From IMG/VR virus record IMGVR_UViG_3300048861_000178, positions 128,001 through 192,000 of that record: a stretch of 64,000 nt of DNA; one strand, written 5' to 3'. The DNA is from a virus (lineage: Duplodnaviria; Caudoviricetes). Shown here piece by piece: positions 58,355-64,000 of the stretch; positions within the stretch are counted from its first letter, which is position 1, and every line of letters starts with the position of its first letter. A program made the position numbers and the translations under genes. The notes beneath the pieces are model-generated. The model was not told where the DNA came from and ran no database searches. It was given only the letters and a program-made list of their open reading frames with translations.

Positions 58355-59533
58355 ATGTCTTATCCCCCGATGAGCAGTCCGACGTTCTTCGGTGACGTCG
58401 CGCCTGGCGACGCCGTGGGCGAGGCATGGGGTGGGAATTTGATTCATGCGTGTCGTCGGGTCTCCTTCATCAACAACACCAGTGTGCCGATTACGGTGGT
58501 GCAAAGGTCTGGTCTTAGGGTCTCCATTCCCCCTAAACCCAGCTTTCGCAGCAGCGGCTTTGTCATACGTGCTGAGTGGGCGATTTCTGCAGAAGTAAAA
58601 GAAAACGTGCGCGCAGTATTAAATGGAGTTGATGATCGTTCGTCTCAAGAGCTGCAGTTGCTCAAGAAAGCGCTCCAGGAATCTGACGAAAAACAGGGGT
58701 TTTATGCCCCTGCAAAATTAATACTGGACCACCCAATCAGTGTAGAGCAAATTAAGAGCCACGGTCGAAGCGTGTATCATCACGAATCGGACTTGGTGAT
58801 CAGTTTGCTAAGTGTGCAGGCCGCGCCGTTACACCCCTACAGCGAGGCAGGCCGCAATGCAAAGATGATGGTGGACACCCCAGTACGGGTAGGAGGTTCG
58901 AGCTTCGGTTACTGTGTAGAGATTGTGGATAACACCGGCAGGTTCGGTGACCGCTTTCTCAACATCGTGAACACAGTGTATCGTGTTCGACCGATTCGTG
59001 ACCCGACCCGACGCAATGGAATCTACATTGGCTCAAGCACACCGGACACAGGCGTCTTTCAGCCCGGTGAGTACACAGTCAAGTTCCTTCCGCTCGATAG
59101 CCCAGACCAAGACCAGTACGGCCTCTTTAAGAGTTACGAGGAGGCCGAGCATTTGGGTGATCTGTCTGGCGCCCGGAAACGGGAGTTAGCAGAGATCGAG
59201 CACGCCACCGCTCACCTTCGGCGAGAGAACGATCAGCTGAAGCAGCAACATGCGCTAGAAATTAGTGAGTGGGAGTTCAAATTGAAGCACGCCGAAGCTC
59301 TTCAGAAGGAGGCAGACTTTAAGCGCGAGCGCCGAGAGTCTGAGTTGGAAGAGGAGAGAAAGCGTATCGAGCACTTCTTAGCGCTTGAGAAGCTGAGGAT
59401 GAAGGACCGCTACGAGGAGCGCAGCTTGGACAGGAAAGACCGCAGTGAAGTAGTAAAGATGTTACCGACAATCATAGTCGGAATCGGGGCAGCCATCCCA
59501 ATCGTCATGAAACTGTTCGGCAAGAGCAGCTAG
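58355..59533 (+). CDS. conserved jumbo-phage protein with C-terminal coiled coil and TM (start uncertain)
   Basis: lies between MCP and RNAP subunit; coiled coil; hydrophobic tail. Confidence 0.75.
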   Translation: MSYPPMSSPTFFGDVAPGDAVGEAWGGNLIHACRRVSFINNTSVPITVVQRSGLRVSIPPKPSFRSSGFVIRAEWAISAEVKENVRAVLNGVDDRSSQELQLLKKALQESDEKQGFYAPAKLILDHPISVEQIKSHGRSVYHHESDLVISLLSVQAAPLHPYSEAGRNAKMMVDTPVRVGGSSFGYCVEIVDNTGRFGDRFLNIVNTVYRVRPIRDPTRRNGIYIGSSTPDTGVFQPGEYTVKFLPLDSPDQDQYGLFKSYEEAEHLGDLSGARKRELAEIEHATAHLRRENDQLKQQHALEISEWEFKLKHAEALQKEADFKRERRESELEEERKRIEHFLALEKLRMKDRYEERSLDRKDRSEVVKMLPTIIVGIGAAIPIVMKLFGKSS

Positions 59534-59588
59534 TGACGCTAAGAGGATGCAGTTAAATGCGCAAGATTGATAGGATTGACCAAAGCGA

Positions 59589-61289
59589 ATGGACCGCGAA
59601 CTTTCTCGGCTAATTGATCAACACACCCCCAAATTGAATCCGGATTTGGCGGGCGGCTTAGCACAGAAGCACATGCAGGAAGCTGAAGGCTGGGTTGACT
59701 CGGTATTCCGAGCCGTGGCTAAAGGCTTTCCGGATGGCTTCACCTACGTGAGAGGAGAGCGCTGTACCCCACAGGAGGAATTCGACGAGGCAACTCGGAA
59801 GAAGAACAACAAACGGATGTTCGATGTGGCCAGGTCGGACATTTACATGATGAAGTACATCTTTCGCCATACCGACAAGAACGGTAAGACGGAGGAGATC
59901 AAGCGGTACATGTATCTCCCGTTTGTGTCCGATGCTGGTGTGATTTATCTCGGCGGCTCACGCTTTGTGATCTCGCCGATTTTGGCCGACCGAGTGATCT
60001 CGAAGGGGGAAGACTCCATCTTCGTGAAGCTCATCCGTGCGAAGCTGACGTTCCAGCGCGAGCAGCAGCATTATCTCGCAAACGATGTCACGGGGCGTGA
60101 TTTCCGTGAGACCGTTCACGTGGCCTGGTCCTTGGTGTACAACAAGAACCAGAAGATGCAAAAGCTCAAGCCCGTCATCAAGGCGAACACGACGCTGGTC
60201 CACTACTTGCTGTGTAAGTATGGATTTGCGGAAATGTTCCAGCGCTTCGGCGGTACCGTGCCGATCGTGGGGGATGCGAGCACCATTAGCGAAGCGGAGT
60301 ATCCGCCAAGCGACTGGGTGATCGTGAAGACCAATACCCACACCCGGCCTGCACGCACGTATACGCTTAAGCAGTATACGCCGACGACGATTCGCCTGGC
60401 TATCCGCCGGGAGGAATACACGCCGATGGTCAAAAACCTGGTGTGTGGGTTCTTCTACATCGTCGATCACTTCCCGAGCCGCGTCCAGCCGAAGTATCTG
60501 GGCACGATCGATGCACCCAAGCCTCGGGAGCGTGCTTTGTGGATGATTCTGATGGGTCATCTGCTGTTCTCCAGCAACGTCACCGAAGGGAAGCTGGAGG
60601 ACGACATCGCTGAGCACATCCGCAGTCTGGATGAGTACATCGATGAGGTGATGAAGATCAAGTTCCGCGACATCGGGATGCCGATCGAGGACATTTACCA
60701 GCTCTTCGGTATTGTGCTCGAGAACTTCCAGGACTGGATTCTCGCGGCGCGTGATCACGTCAGTAGCATGTACGACAAGGAATTGTCGGTGCTGTATTAC
60801 GTGCTGGACGAAATCACCAAGCAAATCAACAAGTTCTACTTCAAGCTGAAGGCGGCTTCGAAGAAGGAACTGAACACGAAAGAAATCACGACCATGATGA
60901 ACCAGACGCTCCGGACCGGTCTGGTGTACTCGATCACCAAGAAGCACGGTGAGGTTTCGACGATTTCGTGTCCTGGCGACAACAAGGCGTTCAAGACGAC
61001 CGCCCAGTTGGTGCCGCAAACGAGCTCCAGTCGCCAAACGGGGCGGAAGGACAACGCAGCAATCAGCGACCCGACGAAGAAGATCCACATTTCGGTGTGT
61101 GAAGTCGGCGGGTATGCGAATCTGCCGAAGAGTGATCCTTCCGGGCATGCACGCTTGAATCCGCATCTGCATACGGACTCCAAGGGTGTCGTGCTGCGCG
61201 ACCCAGCTCTCATTGAGTTGCTGGACTCCACCCAGGTCAAGCTGAAACCCTACGGTAGTCGGGTCCGTCAATTCAGTGCGTCTCACTAA
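59589..61289 (+). CDS. non-virion RNA polymerase beta-like subunit (phiKZ gp123-like)
   Basis: YLPFV..GVIYLGGSRFVISPILADRVIS; LPKSDPSG..RLNP; synteny. Confidence 0.8.
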   Translation: MDRELSRLIDQHTPKLNPDLAGGLAQKHMQEAEGWVDSVFRAVAKGFPDGFTYVRGERCTPQEEFDEATRKKNNKRMFDVARSDIYMMKYIFRHTDKNGKTEEIKRYMYLPFVSDAGVIYLGGSRFVISPILADRVISKGEDSIFVKLIRAKLTFQREQQHYLANDVTGRDFRETVHVAWSLVYNKNQKMQKLKPVIKANTTLVHYLLCKYGFAEMFQRFGGTVPIVGDASTISEAEYPPSDWVIVKTNTHTRPARTYTLKQYTPTTIRLAIRREEYTPMVKNLVCGFFYIVDHFPSRVQPKYLGTIDAPKPRERALWMILMGHLLFSSNVTEGKLEDDIAEHIRSLDEYIDEVMKIKFRDIGMPIEDIYQLFGIVLENFQDWILAARDHVSSMYDKELSVLYYVLDEITKQINKFYFKLKAASKKELNTKEITTMMNQTLRTGLVYSITKKHGEVSTISCPGDNKAFKTTAQLVPQTSSSRQTGRKDNAAISDPTKKIHISVCEVGGYANLPKSDPSGHARLNPHLHTDSKGVVLRDPALIELLDSTQVKLKPYGSRVRQFSASH

Positions 61290-61344
61290 AAGCGCTCGGT
61301 AGACGTATCGAGTGTAAGCAAAAAACAAGGAAAGGAAACAAACC

Positions 61345-63417
61345 ATGGTTATGTCAAATGCGGGTCTGCCTGCGGACCCTTACAATCCAGAACGCGCTCC
61401 ACTGCCTATCGCCATCAACAATCCGCCCTGTGTCCCGCAGTTTCCGCATCCGGGATTCATGGCTGACTTGGTGCCGGTGATTTCGGCAGCAGTCGCGCTC
61501 GATTTTCAAACGAATGCGCCCAATAGTCCGCCGCGGACAATGGCGTACAACGTGGTGTCCCGTAACGGCTACCAAAACGAGGTGTTCGCAGGTCTCGTGA
61601 TGGGTGTCGTCGACTGGGTGCTGCTCGGGTTAGCGAGCAACAAGTTCCAGAATCCGGAACAAGCTGCGCAGGCGCTGATTCCGAAGATGGTCGAGATGTA
61701 TGTGGCAAACCAAGTGGTGCAGTACGCGGAGCTGCAACAAGGGGTGCCGCCACAGATGCAGGCGCATATCACCGGTCTCGTTCAGATGGCAAACGACATC
61801 CAGAACGAAATCAATGCGTTCAAGAACAGTCCCGTTTACGCGCAGATGATGCAAGGCGGCGCGCCGCAAGGCGGGGCAGGGGCAGGCTGGGGCAATCAAG
61901 GCGGTGGCAATCAGTGGGGTGGCGCACGTCAGTGGGGCAACTCCGGTGGTGGCCAACAATGGGGGAACCAGCAGCAACAGTCGCGCTGGGGCAACCAGGG
62001 GGGCGGTGGCTGGAATCAACAACGTCCTCCTGCGCGGCAGTTTGCCGGTTCTCTGAACCAAGGTGGAACGTCGGGCCTGTTCTCCGGGGGCGTGCAGTAT
62101 GGCGAACCCGCCCAGGAAAGCGGCAGCTTTAACACGAGCCGTTTCGACAAGAAGCCGGGTGACAACCAAGGACCTTCCGTGCCGAACGTGAAGACGTCCT
62201 GGGTACCGCCAAGCGAACGTAGTGAGTCCGCGCCCACAGCCAAGCCTGCAACGCAGGTGGAAACGAAACCGGCCGGTAACGAGCCGGAGCATATCGACTC
62301 CACGAAACTGGTGTGGAGGCCGTCGGTGCGTCAACCGTATGCACTGGCGTACAACCCTCGTACCAGTCTGTTGTATCTGCAAAAGCAGGCCGACGGCACT
62401 GTCTTCCAACTCGTGAAAGAAAGGACGGACTCTTCGATGGACCGTGAAAAGCATCGCCTCCCAACTACATTCGGCAGCGTGCCGAAGTACATCGATACCA
62501 ACAAATCGGCCCAGACGCTCACGCGCATTGCGGCCGGGGTGAAGGAACTGACCGAGAAGGTCGGCGATGGGGAAGCGGGCGAAGCACCGCCGAAGAAGCC
62601 GCTCGTGCAAGTGGTGGAAGACATCTGGGTGTTGGAGCCGACGCTGGATCTGGCGTGGCTGCAAGGCACGCTCAAGTGCATGGCGGTGACGAAGGACAGC
62701 GAGCAAGTGCCGGATGTGTATCGCATCCGTGCGCAAGTGGCTGAGCCCTTTGTGTCGCTGAAGGACGAAAGCGGTGCATTGCAATCGTTCGCGCAAGCGA
62801 AGAGCTATGCAGAACTCGCGGAAATGATGAAATCGGTCGAAGGCGTGATGAATGGTTCGCTCTATGGGGCCATCAATCGCAAGCTCACCGAGATGATCAA
62901 CCGCGTGCTCGCGCAGTCGCTCTCCATCGGCGACATTCGCATCCACAGCTTCGCGGAAGATGTCGCGGATCTGCCGGGCGTGATCGAGAAGTGGTACGGT
63001 GAAACGTTCTCGGTGGTCTTCCTGGGTAACCAGACGAAGAACATTCGCGCAGCGTTTGCCGAGTTCTTGCATCCGGATGACGAAGCCGCATTGTCGGATC
63101 TGTTGCTCAGCGAGCGCGATTATTCGGGCGATCGTCCCCCGAAGCTCACGTATCTCACGTCGAACTACACGTTCACGTACCTGAGCGCAGCGGCCGTGGA
63201 GCTGGAACTCGAACTCGATCCGAAGGACCGGATCGCGTCGTTGATCACCAGCGACATGCCGGAGCTGTACAGTCTGACGGAAAGCATCTTCCAAGCGACG
63301 AGCGGCATCGATGATAACTTCTACCGGCATTTCATCCGCACGGCAGATGACCACATCCTCGAAGTCACCCTCGGCTACTTGGGCAGTGATGCGTACCTGA
63401 TCCGCAAGATCCGTTAA
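61345..63417 (+). CDS. conserved jumbo-phage protein with G/Q/W low-complexity region
   Basis: repeated WGNQGGG-type units; AAGGA SD. Confidence 0.8.
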   Translation: MVMSNAGLPADPYNPERAPLPIAINNPPCVPQFPHPGFMADLVPVISAAVALDFQTNAPNSPPRTMAYNVVSRNGYQNEVFAGLVMGVVDWVLLGLASNKFQNPEQAAQALIPKMVEMYVANQVVQYAELQQGVPPQMQAHITGLVQMANDIQNEINAFKNSPVYAQMMQGGAPQGGAGAGWGNQGGGNQWGGARQWGNSGGGQQWGNQQQQSRWGNQGGGGWNQQRPPARQFAGSLNQGGTSGLFSGGVQYGEPAQESGSFNTSRFDKKPGDNQGPSVPNVKTSWVPPSERSESAPTAKPATQVETKPAGNEPEHIDSTKLVWRPSVRQPYALAYNPRTSLLYLQKQADGTVFQLVKERTDSSMDREKHRLPTTFGSVPKYIDTNKSAQTLTRIAAGVKELTEKVGDGEAGEAPPKKPLVQVVEDIWVLEPTLDLAWLQGTLKCMAVTKDSEQVPDVYRIRAQVAEPFVSLKDESGALQSFAQAKSYAELAEMMKSVEGVMNGSLYGAINRKLTEMINRVLAQSLSIGDIRIHSFAEDVADLPGVIEKWYGETFSVVFLGNQTKNIRAAFAEFLHPDDEAALSDLLLSERDYSGDRPPKLTYLTSNYTFTYLSAAAVELELELDPKDRIASLITSDMPELYSLTESIFQATSGIDDNFYRHFIRTADDHILEVTLGYLGSDAYLIRKIR

Positions 63418-63626
63418 CGATCGAGCGGCATAGCGCCTGGGGAGTGATCCCCAGGCCTTTCTTTTTTGTTCATCGACAGCAGGCCAAACGGACCCCCTGA
63501 CCATGATTGCGCAGCGTAACGTGTTTCTTAACGCGGGTGGTGACGGGGCCTAAGGCTCATCCATAACGAGACAAGGATTTTTTTCCTTGTCTCGGTTTAT
63601 GCCCTAACGATAACCAGGAGAGTGTT

Positions 63627-64000
63627 GTGACGGTAGAAAGTAATCGTCCGTTTGCGGACTTAATCACGCAGTACGTGGTGTTTCGTCAGGCACTCACGGG
63701 TTGCAAAGTGAAAAACTCGCTCACGAAAGTTCTCGTGACCCATAAGGACGATGCGGAAACGGGCGAGCACCATACCGAGCTGCTCATGGCTGAGCTCGTC
63801 GGGCAAGAGCCGCTGGATCTGAAAGGCTACCTCAGCGTAATGGAGCGCGAAGGTTTGCGCATGGCGCGGGTGAAGGTGATGCGTCATGTCGTCGGGGCCC
63901 GCAATGACGACATCGAAGTAGCGGAGCTGTGGGTGAATGCGGAGAACATTTCCGACTACCTGATTCGTTTTTACCTCTATTTAGCAACCGACTTCTGGGA
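63627..64000 (+). CDS. hypothetical protein, runs off the window
   Basis: AGGAG SD, GTG start. Confidence 0.55.
   Translation, partial: MTVESNRPFADLITQYVVFRQALTGCKVKNSLTKVLVTHKDDAETGEHHTELLMAELVGQEPLDLKGYLSVMEREGLRMARVKVMRHVVGARNDDIEVAELWVNAENISDYLIRFYLYLATDFW

Noticed and set aside
39112-63504. Long antisense ORFs (39112-42561, 55631-57844, 59958-61346, 61630-63504 and others)
   Set aside because: Shadow frames of GC-rich, codon-biased sense genes; no SD sites or recognisable motifs.

Overview
A 64-kb segment of a phiKZ-related jumbo phage (probably nucleus-forming, Chimalliviridae-like). A betaproteobacterial host such as Burkholderia or Ralstonia is an inference from the high GC content and the host-like cyclophilin and lytic transglycosylase. 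The right end carries the conserved core block: DnaB, major capsid protein, non-virion RNAP beta-like subunit, SNF2 helicase and protease-processed head proteins. The left 44 kb is accessory. The standout is a ~1.65-kb array of about 45 36-nt units (2388-4037), each with two alternating 9-nt repeats and two variable ~9-nt spacers. It lies directly upstream of a 421-aa IS110/Nop-fold protein with no recognisable nuclease domain, so this looks like a TIGR-Tas-like (TasA-type) RNA-guided system. Other notable items: two stand-alone copies of an internal domain of the major capsid protein; tRNA-like RNAs without anticodon loops, one a double-elbow RNA with a circularly permuted tRNA module; two large structured non-coding regions; a head polyprotein ending in an SMI1/KNR4 domain; an ADP-ribosyltransferase-like gene; an early cluster of small membrane proteins; and a recurrent hairpin+TTATGCCG intergenic element. 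All assignments come from reading motifs by eye; no database search was run.
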